A stretch of 64,000 nt of DNA, taken from positions 1,162-65,161 of the forward strand of contig CAYQOX010000024.1 of assembly GCA_964419335.1 (NCBI GenBank), in the 5' to 3' direction. A model generated the notes under the pieces. That model was not told where the DNA came from, made no database searches, and saw only the letters and a program-made list of their open reading frames with translations. Position 1 is the first letter of the stretch. Each line of letters begins with the position of its first letter. Both the position numbers and the translations under genes were made by a program. This stretch comes from an uncultured bacterium. Its GTDB lineage: Bacteria > Hinthialibacterota > Hinthialibacteria > Hinthialibacterales > Hinthialibacteraceae. Of this stretch, positions 1 to 10,194 are shown piece after piece.

Positions 1-2
1 AA

Positions 3-656
3 CAATATGTTGACGATGTCCAAAACCGGCTGCGAGAAGCCAATGAAAAATTCGATCAACTCGAACAAGATTTTCCTTATGAAACCCCAGAATCCATCCA
101 ACCGTTCGAAGAAGAACGTTTTAACCAATTCCTGAACATCCGCGATCAAACCATCGAAACCGCCGAAGAAGAATTTGATTGGCTTCTATCCATGATTCAA
201 GAAGAGGCTCAGAAAGAATTCTCTTTTATTGAATTTATCCGCAATGTCATTAATGTCCCCAATCAAATCGCCGAAATTGGCCTCAATCAATCTCAACAAT
301 TACGCCAAATGGAAATGTCACCCAAAGAATGTTCTTACATGACCAAAGTCATGGCTGCTGAAATCAATTCATGGCGTGATATGGAAGAAGACTCCCAACA
401 ATACAAATATGCCATAAACTACTTCGATCCCTTGCAACAAGTCAAAAGAGGCATTGAAAAACAAAAAGAACAAAATCCCAATTCAAATATTGATCCCGGC
501 CCCTTTTCGTATGAAGAATTCTTGTCACGCATTGAGGATTTCGAAGATCCCGAACACCTCAATCGTGATTTGATTTTAACCAACATGGAACGCATCAATT
601 CTTCCACCGCCGCCATCTTCGTCGATGCGATTATGGTCCAAAAAGAGCCTTTTTAA
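3..656 (+). CDS. hypothetical protein, 5' partial (frame open to window start)
   Basis: ORF 192..656 is in frame with stop-free sequence back to position 3; no recognisable domain. Confidence 0.45.
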   Translation, partial: QYVDDVQNRLREANEKFDQLEQDFPYETPESIQPFEEERFNQFLNIRDQTIETAEEEFDWLLSMIQEEAQKEFSFIEFIRNVINVPNQIAEIGLNQSQQLRQMEMSPKECSYMTKVMAAEINSWRDMEEDSQQYKYAINYFDPLQQVKRGIEKQKEQNPNSNIDPGPFSYEEFLSRIEDFEDPEHLNRDLILTNMERINSSTAAIFVDAIMVQKEPF

Positions 657-679
657 ATTTACCTTATAGGAGAAGAGAA

Positions 680-1624
680 ATGAGTGATGTAACAAGAAGA
701 GGTTTCATGAAACAGGCGATCACTGTGAGCGCAGGAATGGGAGTTGCCAAAATGACGGTACCCAATGCCTTGAGCTATCCGATCCCAGACCAAGATGCGA
801 TTTCATTAGCCACCTGGTCTCTTGTCAACAGTTTTCGTGCCGGGGTTTGGAAACTAACCGATATCCCCCGCATTTGCCGCGAGGATTTTGACATCGACGG
901 CATCGAGTATGTCAACCAATTTTTTGAAGTCCCCACCGCCAACTATCTGAATCAGCTCAACAAAGCCGCCAACGATTACGGCGTTCAAAATGTTTTAATC
1001 ATGGTCGATCTCGAAGGCGCTATGGTCGCCCAGGATCAAAAGGAACGCAAACAAGCGGTGATCAACCATCGAAAATGGGTGGATATTGCCGCTTACTTGG
1101 GCTGCCACGCCATCCGCTGCAACGCCCACGGGGGCGGCAATACCCCAGAAGAAGATCCCGAGGCTCTCGAACGTGCCGCCGAATCCTTCAGCGAGTTGAT
1201 TGACTACGCCAAAGAATTTGAGATCAATATTCTCATTGAAAATCACGGCGGCTTGTCATCCCATCCCACCTGGCTTCCTGATCTGGCGAAGAAAATTGAT
1301 AGCCCGCATTTTGGCCTGTTGCCGGATTATGGCAATTTTACCCCCACCGAAGAACATGATGTGTACGAATGCGTAAAACAGGCAATGCCCTATGCCAAAG
1401 GCGTCTCCGTCAAAGCCGGCTGGCAGCCGGATGGTACTCATCCAAACTATGACTTAGAACAATTATTGACGATCTCCAAAGAAACCGGCTATTCCGGCTT
1501 TTGGGGCATTGAATCGGGTATGCGTAGCGACAAAAGAGGCCTGAATGCAGAAGAAATCAAAAAACAAGATTGGCAGGCCGTCCAGTGGACGAAAGAAAAA
1601 ATCGAGAAAGTGGTCCTTTCCTAA
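680..1624 (+). CDS. Tat-secreted sugar phosphate isomerase/epimerase (xylose isomerase-like TIM barrel)
   Basis: N-terminal RRGFMKQA twin-arginine signal; ILIENHGG motif typical of AP_endonuc_2/xylose-isomerase-like TIM barrels. Confidence 0.75.
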   Translation: MSDVTRRGFMKQAITVSAGMGVAKMTVPNALSYPIPDQDAISLATWSLVNSFRAGVWKLTDIPRICREDFDIDGIEYVNQFFEVPTANYLNQLNKAANDYGVQNVLIMVDLEGAMVAQDQKERKQAVINHRKWVDIAAYLGCHAIRCNAHGGGNTPEEDPEALERAAESFSELIDYAKEFEINILIENHGGLSSHPTWLPDLAKKIDSPHFGLLPDYGNFTPTEEHDVYECVKQAMPYAKGVSVKAGWQPDGTHPNYDLEQLLTISKETGYSGFWGIESGMRSDKRGLNAEEIKKQDWQAVQWTKEKIEKVVLS

Positions 1625-1660
1625 AACTTTGAATTTCGGTCCTAACTATACTTTGCAATG

Positions 1661-1695
1661 AAAAAAAGAGGGTGGCCTTTTTCAGACCACCCTCT
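1661..1695 (-). terminator. Rho-independent terminator-like hairpin (minus-strand orientation)
   Basis: agagggtgg-N11-ccaccctct stem preceded on plus strand by A7 (T-run on minus strand); lies beyond MITE copy 1 downstream of the minus-strand gene ending at 1950. Confidence 0.4.
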
Positions 1696-1722
1696 CTGCG
1701 TATCTCTTCACAATTTAATATA

Positions 1723-1949
1723 GGTTCATCCTGTATTTGAGTCCTTTTTGATACATTGAAAAGAAAACAGAACATGATTCTAAAGTGAGAACCATGGTTA
1801 TTTTCAATTTACATGAATCGTACCAAAACGCCGAAGGGGCCTGTGTGGAGCGGCTTTCGGAGCAAGCGGCCCTTAAGGCCGCGCGGAGACAAGCGAAACA
1901 CATCCCCAAGGCGTTTTCCCAAAAAAAGGACTCACTTTCGTGATGAGCC
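1723..1949 (+). mobile_element. MITE copy 1 (full length, ~227 bp) flanked by 8-bp TSD TTAATATA (1715-1722 / 1950-1957)
   Basis: Starts ggttcatcctgtatttgagtcc, ends ggactcactttcgtgatgagcc; internal conserved GC-rich core gcggcccttaaggccgcgcgg; identical 8-bp direct repeats on both flanks. Confidence 0.85.
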
Positions 1950-2960
1950 TTAATATATTGCCCATTCACTCACATCCGAGGGAAATTCTCCCCCCGGTAC
2001 GACCGCCATATTGAAGAAAGAACGAAAACTCGCATCCGCCTCCAAACCGGCTTGTTCAAAACCCGATGTGATATCGATAATGCGAGGCCCTGCGTTTAAA
2101 TCCGTAGCATCAAATACCCCAAACTTATTGAGGAGCTCCGGCACATCATGATTCCCCACTACGAAATTCGTGGTTCCCGGGATCTGGGCGATTCCCCATA
2201 TTCCTGTAAATCCGTCTTCCACCGCGTTGTACTCTTCTTCCAATTCACCATCCAGGCTAATTCGTACTAACGTGGATTGATCCCCCAAAGAGGCTACCAC
2301 CGAACCAATTTCATCATTATAAGTCAAAGAACGTACCACCCGGTCATCATTATAAAAGACCCCCGTAGGCTCTCCTCCTTCTTCTTTGTCATACACATGA
2401 ATCCCGGGATTATTTGCATCTCCCATCAACAACCGGCCATCCGGCAGCAACAATGCTTCCCCATGACCGCCTTTAACATAATCGCTCCACTCTGTGATGT
2501 CACCATCTGCAATTTTATAACGCCAGGCAACATCTTGATCATCCACATTACTATTCACGACCACTTCCCCCGGTCCAATCGCGGCCAAATGGGTAATCTT
2601 TATAATATCCGCCATGAATAACTGCTGATTGCCTTCACTATCAATCCGCAACATTTCTCCAATCCCATCGGGATATTCATTCTCTGGATCCGGCTCAAAT
2701 ACTGCCGTAATTCCTACCCAGACTACCCCTTCGGGATCCACATCTAACCCTAAAGCACGCCGACGATCGGTGTCTTCTAAGTCCCAACGAATCACGTTGA
2801 TCACTTCCGCCTCGTTTCCGTCGATGTTCAACTCAACAATTTGACCATCAGGCGAATAAAAAGGATCAGCAAAGATCACATTCCCCGGTTCAAACAGCTG
2901 CGCTTGAACCATCATCGGCGCCAAAAGAAAAGCGAATACCACAAATAATCTCATTCTCAT
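1950..2960 (-). CDS. secreted hypothetical protein (signal peptide MRMRLFVVFAFLLAPMMVQAQ; beta-propeller-like repeats)
   Basis: ORF 1950..3119 trimmed to Met at 2960, which has GGAGG 8 nt upstream; the N-terminal extension MLCFLFNVSKRTQ is translation of MITE copy 2. Confidence 0.6.
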   Translation of the reverse strand: MRMRLFVVFAFLLAPMMVQAQLFEPGNVIFADPFYSPDGQIVELNIDGNEAEVINVIRWDLEDTDRRRALGLDVDPEGVVWVGITAVFEPDPENEYPDGIGEMLRIDSEGNQQLFMADIIKITHLAAIGPGEVVVNSNVDDQDVAWRYKIADGDITEWSDYVKGGHGEALLLPDGRLLMGDANNPGIHVYDKEEGGEPTGVFYNDDRVVRSLTYNDEIGSVVASLGDQSTLVRISLDGELEEEYNAVEDGFTGIWGIAQIPGTTNFVVGNHDVPELLNKFGVFDATDLNAGPRIIDITSGFEQAGLEADASFRSFFNMAVVPGGEFPSDVSEWAIY

Positions 2961-3061
2961 AATACAACCTCCATCTAAAAAAGATTTAATCGATATAATA
3001 AAAAATAATAATAATTCATTCTTTTGTATAGATTTATACAACCCATTTTCCAAAAAAAATG

Positions 3062-3292
3062 AAAAAAGTTCATCCAGTATTTGAGTCCTTTTTGATACAT
3101 TGAAAAGAAAACAGAGCATGCTTCTAAAGTGAGAACCATGGTTATTTTCAATTTACATGAATCGAACCAAAACGCCGAAGGGACTTGTGTAGAACGCTTT
3201 TTGTACCAAGCAACCCTTAAGACCGCGCGGAGACAAGCGGAACTCATCCCCGAGTCGTTTATCTCAAAAAAATACACCCTTGTCGAATAATC
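3062..3292 (+). mobile_element. MITE copy 2 (full length, divergent termini) with 10-bp TSD AAAAAAAATG (3052-3061 / 3293-3302)
   Basis: Same conserved core as other copies; direct repeat AAAAAAAATG on both flanks. Confidence 0.75.
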
Positions 3293-3375
3293 AAAAAAAA
3301 TGGCATGGAACCTCGGCTTCCCTTTATATATGGACTACAATGATGAAATTACATCTTCTCATGGGAGACTAGGAA

Positions 3376-4660
3376 ATGACGCTTCTCATCGCGATCACGC
3401 TCTGTTTGATCAACCAGACGCCAAATCAGCTCGATCAAGCCAATCTACACGTACAACAACAAAACTATGAAGCGGCTATAGATATATACCAATCCATTTT
3501 ACAAGAAGATCCCTCTCCGTATCCTGCCCAACTTGGTTTAGGACGAGCCCTAGCCTATTCTGGCCAATGGGAACAAGCCGAAGAACTCTTCACCGATTAT
3601 GTTGGAAAATGAACCGAATGATGTCGATGTATTGTTGCTCCGCGGCCTTGTGCGCTCTTGGCAAAATAAATACGAAGCGTCCGAAAAGGATCTACGCTGC
3701 GTCATCAACCAGACCCCAAACTATACCGACGCCTACTTAGCCTTAGCCAATGTTTATCAATGGACAGAACGCTACGATGAAGCCCTTGACCTCTACCATC
3801 AATACAGCCTACAGCAACCCCAAGATCCAAAACCCCACTTGCAACGTGCCGCCATCTATAAACAGCAAAACCAACCCCAAAAACGAGAAGATGAATTACA
3901 ATTCGCCGAACAAAAAGGAGCCGACCCTGAACAACTCGAGTCATTGCGCCAAACGGAGCCTTTACCTAAAAGTGGCTATTGGGAAGTTCGCTTAGGCTAC
4001 AATTTCCATTCCCTCTCCGATGACTTAAGCGATTGGCACGAATATTCCACCCGCCTGATCCGCGAATTCCCCCACGGCTCCATCGCCCTCGAATGGCTTC
4101 AGCACCATCATTTTTCCGACCGTGATGACGCACTTCAACTCGATACCTACTTCGACCTCTGGCAAGAAGCCTATGGCAACTTCCGCTTTCAAGCCGCCCG
4201 GAATACCGAGTTTCTCGCCAAAACCGATTACCGCCTTGAACTGTTCCAAGGTTTTGCCGAATCATGGGAAACATCACTCAACGCCCGCGTCATGAAATTC
4301 AGCAACAATACCGTCGATATCTATGGCCTCTCCTTGGGAAAATATCTCGGCGATTTCTACCTCCGCGGCAACATTTTCCTCAGCCCCGAATTCAACAATG
4401 AACTCTTCTCCTACGCCCTCTTAGGCCGCTACTACTACACCCCTGACAGTTTCCTTGAACTTTCGGGAGGTTACGGCGAAGAACTGGTTACCGTCGCCGT
4501 TGGCCCTATTCTCGAAAAACGGAACACCGCAACCCTGGGCTTCAAACTTCAACATTATTTTAATGAGAAAATCGGCTTCTCTCTTGGATATGAACTCTTC
4601 GATATAGAATCAACCTGGAGCCGCCATGGCGTATCCTCCACGCTCATGTATCGCTGGTGA
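3376..4660 (+). pseudogene. TPR-repeat plus C-terminal outer-membrane beta-barrel protein (PgaA/BcsC-like), interrupted by +1 frameshift at ~3597-3612
   Basis: ORF 3376..3612 (TPR: AAIDIYQSIL, GLGRALAYSGQWEQAEELF) and ORF 3599..4660 overlap by 14 nt in adjacent frames; TPR continues across the junction; C-terminus ends ...STLMYRW (aromatic terminus typical of OM beta-barrels). Confidence 0.5.
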
Positions 4661-4699
4661 AATAAAATTCCATCATTTGATCAAAAGAAAAAACAAAGT

Positions 4700-6246
4700 A
4701 TGAATACCAGATTCGATGATTTACAAAACTTTTTCCTTCAAGGGCTTCCCAGCAAGATCTATGCTCTTGAATCTATCCAACGTGAACTCTCTCAACCGGG
4801 CACCCAAACCTATGCCTCCATCAGACGCATTGCCCGTGCACTTCGCATCTCGTGCGAGGAATATGGCTTCCCTGACATCTGCAAGAAAGCGCAAGAAGTC
4901 GAAGAAGCCCAAGATCAGCATATGGCCTCTACATTGAATGAACTTTTACAAGTTCTCAACACCTTATCGATTGCTGATGAAAAACAAAAGTTTAAAATTC
5001 TCATCATTGAAGATGCGCCCGATACCGCCCAATTAATCGCTCTCACGCTAAAAGCCCCCTACCGGGAAATCTTCATCGCCGAGACCTGCGAACTTGCCAG
5101 AGAAATCTTGGATGATCACGATGTCTCCTTAATTCTCCTCGATTTGTTCTTACCCGATACCGATGGACGGAACTTGCTCATCGAACTCCGCGAACGCCCT
5201 CGAACCGCCAACGTTCCCATCTTCGTGGTTTCTGCACAAATTGGTACTCAGGCTGAAAGCGAATGCTACGCCTTAGGAGCGGATGAGTTCATTCGCAAAC
5301 CCTTTGATCTAAAAAACCTCGCCAACGCGGTCTCTTCCAAACTTCAACGAGCCGCCGATATCAAACAAAAACCCCAAATGGATAAATTAACCGGCCTCCC
5401 GAGTCGAGCTGGCTTCAAACGTAAATACAATGAAGCCTTGGGGAAGGCTATTCGTACTTCCAACTATTCAGCGTAGGCTTGATCAACTTAGATCGCCACG
5501 AATCTTTCAAAAAGAAATATGGCGATTCCTTTGGCCAGCAATCCATCCTCCTGACCTCCCAAACCTTACAAGAACACCTCGACGAGTCCTGCACTCTCGC
5601 GAGATGGGATGGCGCCGCCTTTGCCGCTCTCTTTCCCGATACCATGCCCGCTCAAGCCCAACAAAGGTTAGTCCAAGCACTCACCTCTCTCCGCCATAAA
5701 CCCATCCAGGTTCCCCAAGGCGACCCGGTCCCCATCACCTTTTCCGCCGGCGTTGTCTTCGTCTCCCAAGGACAATCGATCAAAGATGTCATGGAACAAG
5801 CGGATACCTATTTATTCCATGCAAAAGCCCATGGACGTAACCGCGTCTTCTCCTCTCAAGATGATGTAAAAGCCATCCCTAAAGAAATTCTTTTGCTGGA
5901 AGATGACGAATCAACCGCCATGTTAATTGAACACCGCCTTATGCGTTCTCATTTCGATGTGATGACTTTTTCTGATGGCCGCAGCGCTTACGAGGCGATT
6001 TGCAATGAAAGCGTTTCCTTGGCGATCTTGGATGCCAATGTTCCGGTGATGAGTGGCTTCGAATTGCTTTCCCGCATCCGCAACGTTCCTGCCTATATGG
6101 ATTTACCCATCATCATGCTCACCAGCATGGGCAGTGAAAAAGATATTCAGCGTGGCTTCGATCTTGGCGCCAATGACTACATTCTCAAACCTTTTTCTCC
6201 CACAGAATTAATGGCACGCGTACATCGCTTACTCAAAAATACGTAG
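4700..6246 (+). pseudogene. REC-GGDEF(degenerate)-REC response regulator, frameshifted at ~5455-5476
   Basis: ORF 4700..5476 has a REC domain (KILIIEDAPD...LLDLFLPDTDG) then a GGDEF start (DKLTGLPSRAGFKRKY). The GGDEF continues in the next frame (FSVGLINLDRHESFKKKYGD...ADTYLFHAKAHGRNRV), followed by a second REC (LLLEDDES...DANVPVMSGFELL...DYILKPF). The GGEEF position reads WDGAAF (5605-5622). Confidence 0.55.
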
Positions 6247-6253
6247 AGATATA

Positions 6254-7182
6254 ATGGAACTCTGGCAATCAATGAATTCCTTTTTGGATCCCCTCGTTAA
6301 TCCGTCCTCCCTTCAAGATCGCTTGCTAGGGATCTTGATCTTATCCATCCTTTTTCTCTTATTCTTGTCCCTTTTCTTCACCTTTCTTACTTTTCTCTTC
6401 CGTTTTCGCAATAACCGTCATGAACGAATCCGGAATCAATTACAATCCCGTTGGAAAGAAACCTTGCTGGATGTATTAGCAGGCGATGCTTCCGAAGAAG
6501 AATTGCACAACCAAGTCCAGCCCCAGGATTCTCTCTATTTCATTGATTTTTTATTAAAACATGCGCGCATCCTCCGAGGAGAGGAATACCAACTCATTCA
6601 ACGTCTAGCCAAACCCTATCTTCCGGTTCTCAAACAACGTCTCCATTCCCGCGACGTCGAACGCGATGCCCTGATCCGCGTCGTACGCCCCTTCTTGGAA
6701 AACCAACAAACCGTCGCCGCAGGCGGGATTATTCGCATTGTCAACGATTGTGAAATCAAAGCCGGGATGGTCACCAAGATCAATCTCCCCACAAATCTCC
6801 TCGCACGCTTTCAAGTGCTTGAATATCTTCGCGCCTTCTTAACCGGCCGCGTGGGCTGGTATGCAATTCGCTCCATCATGATCATCTCCGGCGCTTTTGG
6901 CTTATTCAAGCGCTCCGTCGTCGTCGACGCCGGCGGCTATTACACCGATTCGGCATCACCCTCTCTATCGCTGCTGTCGCGCTCGAAGAAATCGCTTTTC
7001 AACGCTATCCCAAGTTTCGTGATTTAATTCAACTCTTTTATCTCGCCGTCCTCGAAAATTTCGGCTACCGCCAATTAAATCAATATTGGCGCTTTAAAGG
7101 CATGCTTTCTAAACTCTTTCGCGTTAAAGGCTGGGGCAAAATGGAACGAAAAGGCTTTTCTACCAAAACTTCTACCCCCTAG
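6254..7182 (+). pseudogene. GT2 glycosyltransferase remnant (PgaC/IcaA/NodC-like C-terminal half), N-terminally divergent and frameshifted at ~6950
   Basis: DALIRVVRPFLENQQTVAAGGIIRIVND...ARFQVLEYLRAF...GAFGLFKRSVVVDAGGYYTDS resembles the distal half of PgaC-type synthases; no DXD/DDGS-type catalytic N-half seen; the reading frame shifts after YYTDS and continues ...WRFKG...KGWGKMERKGF to a stop at 7182. Confidence 0.4.
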
Positions 7183-7331
7183 AATGCTTTTATATTTTGA
7201 CAAGCATAAGGCATCTATGGTAAAAAAGAAGAGAAAATCTACCCTTGAGAGAATTCAACGCCGTAGGCAACCTGTCCTGATCTCTTTTTTAAGGTTGGAT
7301 TTTCTTTCGTGGATTAAATTTGGTTCATCCT

Positions 7332-7519
7332 GTATTTGAGTACTTTTTAATGCCTTGAAAAGAAAACATGACATGATTCGATCGCGAGGCCTCTGTTTTT
7401 CAATCCTAGTGAATCGAACCAAAACACCGAAGGGGCTTGTGTGGAGCGGCTTTTGGAGCAAGCGGAACCCATCCCCAAGGCGTTTTCTCCCAAAAAAGTA
7501 CTCACTTTCGTGATGATCC
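7332..7519 (+). mobile_element. MITE copy 3 (internal ~40-bp deletion of the GC-rich core)
   Basis: Shares both termini and the 5' half with other copies; lacks the gcccttaaggccgcgcggagacaagc segment; flanks TTAAATTT / TTATATTT (1 mismatch). Confidence 0.75.
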
Positions 7520-7568
7520 TTATATTTATACAATCGGTTCGTTAAACGAATAGAATGCGAGGTTGATC

Positions 7569-8918
7569 ATGAAACGAAGAGAGTTTTTGCGTATAACGAG
7601 TCAAGCGGGATTCCTGGCGGCCTGGTCCGCCTGGGCGAAACCTATGGCCACAGCTCAAGGCCAAGATTCGAAAACCCCCAACGTGGTCTTTATCATCGCC
7701 GATGATATGGGATGGAACGATGTCGGTTACAACAATCCTTCCATGATTACACCCCATATCGACCAACTCGCCAAAGAAGGCGTTACCTTCACCCATCACT
7801 ACGCAACCCCCACCTGTACCCCCACCCGGGTGGGTATTCTAACCGGACAATACCCCAGCCGTTTTGGAGTTACCGGCCCCGATTACGGCAAAATCTTCCG
7901 GGATGATACGCTGACCCTCGCCAACGCTATACGAGATGAAGGCTACCACACCGCCATCTCCGGCAAATGGCATGTAGGCTCGCCCCCCAAATGGACCCCC
8001 ACCCGCTACGGCTTCGAGTCCTCGTATGGCTACTTCCACGGCCAGATCGATCCCTATTCTCACTTATACAAAACCGGGGTCAAATCCTGGCATCGCAACG
8101 ATGAATACATCTTCGAACTCGGGCATGCCACCGATCTCATCAGCGACGAAGCCGTACGCGTTATCGAAGAGAAACAGGATGAACCCTTCTTCCTCTATGT
8201 ATCTTACAGCGTTCCCCATTACCCCTTAAGCGAACCCGAAAAATGGGAATCCCTCTATTCCGATGTTGAATCGGAATCACGCCGATGGTACAACGCAAGT
8301 ATCTCCCACATGGATCAAGGGATTGGCCAAATTGTCGAAGCCTTGGATCGTACCGGACAGCGGGAAGATACCCTCATCGTCTTCGTCAGCGATAATGGCG
8401 GCCAAAAAGGATGGAGTAATGATCAACAATACCATGGCCAATACGCCGATAAACCCCACACCGTCCTTGGCGACAATGCTCCTCTCCGCGGTTGGAAAGG
8501 CCAAGTCTACGAAGGCGGTATCCGCGTTCCCGGTTTAATCAACTGGAAAGGAAAACTCAAACCTCGCACCTTCGATATGCCCATCCACTGCGTGGATTGG
8601 ATGCCAACCCTTTGTTCCCTCTGCGGCGGGGAAGAAAAACTAAAAGAATGGGATGGCATTAACTTTTGGCCCTACCTCAAAAAAGAGAAAGACGAATTCC
8701 CCTCACGCAGCATGTATTGGAATACGGGCGGCATGTTGGCCGTGCGCCAGCATGGCTGGAAATTAATCCAAAACCGAAACGGCGATCGCGTCGAACTCTA
8801 TCACATCGAAAAAGATCCCCATGAGAAAAAGGATCTTGCCGATGAAAAACCGGAAAAAGTACAAGAATTAAAACAATTACTCCAAGAGATTCAAAAACGA
8901 GATCGAGATAAATTATAA
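7569..8918 (+). CDS. Tat-secreted formylglycine-dependent sulfatase (arylsulfatase family)
   Basis: MKRREFLRITSQAG Tat signal; IADDMGWNDVG; CTPTR (C-x-P-x-R) motif; ORF 7563 trimmed to ATG 7569 with GAGG upstream. Confidence 0.85.
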   Translation: MKRREFLRITSQAGFLAAWSAWAKPMATAQGQDSKTPNVVFIIADDMGWNDVGYNNPSMITPHIDQLAKEGVTFTHHYATPTCTPTRVGILTGQYPSRFGVTGPDYGKIFRDDTLTLANAIRDEGYHTAISGKWHVGSPPKWTPTRYGFESSYGYFHGQIDPYSHLYKTGVKSWHRNDEYIFELGHATDLISDEAVRVIEEKQDEPFFLYVSYSVPHYPLSEPEKWESLYSDVESESRRWYNASISHMDQGIGQIVEALDRTGQREDTLIVFVSDNGGQKGWSNDQQYHGQYADKPHTVLGDNAPLRGWKGQVYEGGIRVPGLINWKGKLKPRTFDMPIHCVDWMPTLCSLCGGEEKLKEWDGINFWPYLKKEKDEFPSRSMYWNTGGMLAVRQHGWKLIQNRNGDRVELYHIEKDPHEKKDLADEKPEKVQELKQLLQEIQKRDRDKL

Positions 8919-8920
8919 TA

Positions 8921-10123
8921 ATGTGGTTTTCCTCCAAACGCTTCTGGCTCTTTGACGATCCTCGTTCTTACGGCGCACGAGCGATGATGCGTGGTGTGGT
9001 GGAGGGATTGAAGGAAAATGGAAAAAATGTGCGCCTCTATTCCTTCAATCCCTCCGAACAAGATGCCGTCTCCAAAATGCGCGAAGATTTACTGCAATTT
9101 AATCCCCATGTGGTTTTCCTCGCCAACCATCCCGCCTCTCTTTTCTTATCCCAATTGGGCTTAAAAAAAGAAAACCTGGATTGTTCCTTTTGGATTTGGC
9201 TCTTTGACGATCCCCTCCTCATGGGCGACGAACCTTTCGATCCCGATGAAATCGTCCTCGCAGCCGACCCGAAATTCATTTCCGGCGCTCGCTCCCGCAG
9301 CGCTAAGAACATCATCTTTCTCCCCGTGGCCGCACCTTCCAACCTCTCCGTGGAATACCGGCAAGAATACGAGGCTCCCCTCGCTTATGTCGGGGCGGTG
9401 ATGGATATCACTTCCATGCGTAATCAAATTCAACCCTTTGTCCGAGATTATCTCGACCGCATTGCCGAAAAACGTCTAGAAAATCTCCAAACCGACTTTA
9501 TACGCCTCGTCGCACAAAATCCCATCGCCGAGGGGAAAGAATTAACCCTCAATGGCCCTTTGCTCTACTACCTCTACGCTCTCACCAATCGCATCTATCG
9601 TATGCAATTCATAAAACAATTGGCTCCCTTGGGCTTAAAACTTTACGGCAATGAGGTGTGGCGCCCTCTGCTAAAAAATGAAAACCTCGAATCCCTCTTC
9701 CAAGGCCCTCTCGATCCCTTCCACGAATACCCCCATCTCTTGGCCTCCGTAAAAATCAACCTCAACTTACGCAGCTTACAAGGGTTTGTCGCCCCCACTC
9801 AGCGCGATTTCCTCATCCCGATGACCGGTGGGTTTATGCTCTCCACTAAGATTCGTCAGGAATATTTCGATTGGCCCCAAGTGGACCAGGATAATGTCTT
9901 CCAATTAGAATCCTTCCCCTGGTCCCCCGAATTCTCCACTCCCGAATTGATGCTGGAAGCCGTTCAAGTTTACCTCCATAAACCTCGCTTTTGCCAAGAA
10001 TGGGTTGACTATGTCCAGCGTCAATTTCACAAAAATCATACCTTCGCCCATCGTATGCAGCAATTGGGTATGATTCTCGATCATCCTAAACATGGAGGTC
10101 TCCCTATCGCCTCCATGCCCTGA
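8921..10123 (+). CDS. CgeB-like / DUF3880 family glycosyltransferase (GT1-like fold)
   Basis: C-terminal region (NLNLRSLQGF...TQRDFLIPMTGGFMLS...) resembles spore-maturation CgeB-family glycosyltransferases; start 3 nt after the sulfatase stop. Confidence 0.55.
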   Translation: MWFSSKRFWLFDDPRSYGARAMMRGVVEGLKENGKNVRLYSFNPSEQDAVSKMREDLLQFNPHVVFLANHPASLFLSQLGLKKENLDCSFWIWLFDDPLLMGDEPFDPDEIVLAADPKFISGARSRSAKNIIFLPVAAPSNLSVEYRQEYEAPLAYVGAVMDITSMRNQIQPFVRDYLDRIAEKRLENLQTDFIRLVAQNPIAEGKELTLNGPLLYYLYALTNRIYRMQFIKQLAPLGLKLYGNEVWRPLLKNENLESLFQGPLDPFHEYPHLLASVKINLNLRSLQGFVAPTQRDFLIPMTGGFMLSTKIRQEYFDWPQVDQDNVFQLESFPWSPEFSTPELMLEAVQVYLHKPRFCQEWVDYVQRQFHKNHTFAHRMQQLGMILDHPKHGGLPIASMP

Positions 10124-10135
10124 TCCTTGTTTCTC

Positions 10136-10163
10136 TTTGATCCCATCACCCTATGCTATAATA
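10136..10163 (+). promoter_or_regulatory. sigma-70-like promoter candidate (TTGATC -N16- TATAAT)
   Basis: ctttgatcc...ctatgctataatacc 30 nt upstream of GGAGG RBS and ATG 10195. Confidence 0.4.
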
Positions 10164-10194
10164 CCCCTAACGACTCTAGGAGGAATCTATACTT

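Noticed and set aside
1557-1969. Short ORFs beginning MFCFLFNVSKRTQIQDEP... / ...NALGMCFACLRAALRAACSESRSTQAPSAFW recurring at 1557-1969, 2975-3277, 7255-7533, 10852-11070, 17243-17428, 28063-28326
   Set aside because: They are translations of the MITE copies (same peptide wherever the repeat occurs, in either orientation), not genes.
5430-5699. ORF 5430..5699 (89 aa) and other short overlapping ORFs between the REC and GGDEF parts
   Set aside because: It is a third frame within the frameshifted GGDEF gene with no domain signal. It was explained by the frameshift instead.
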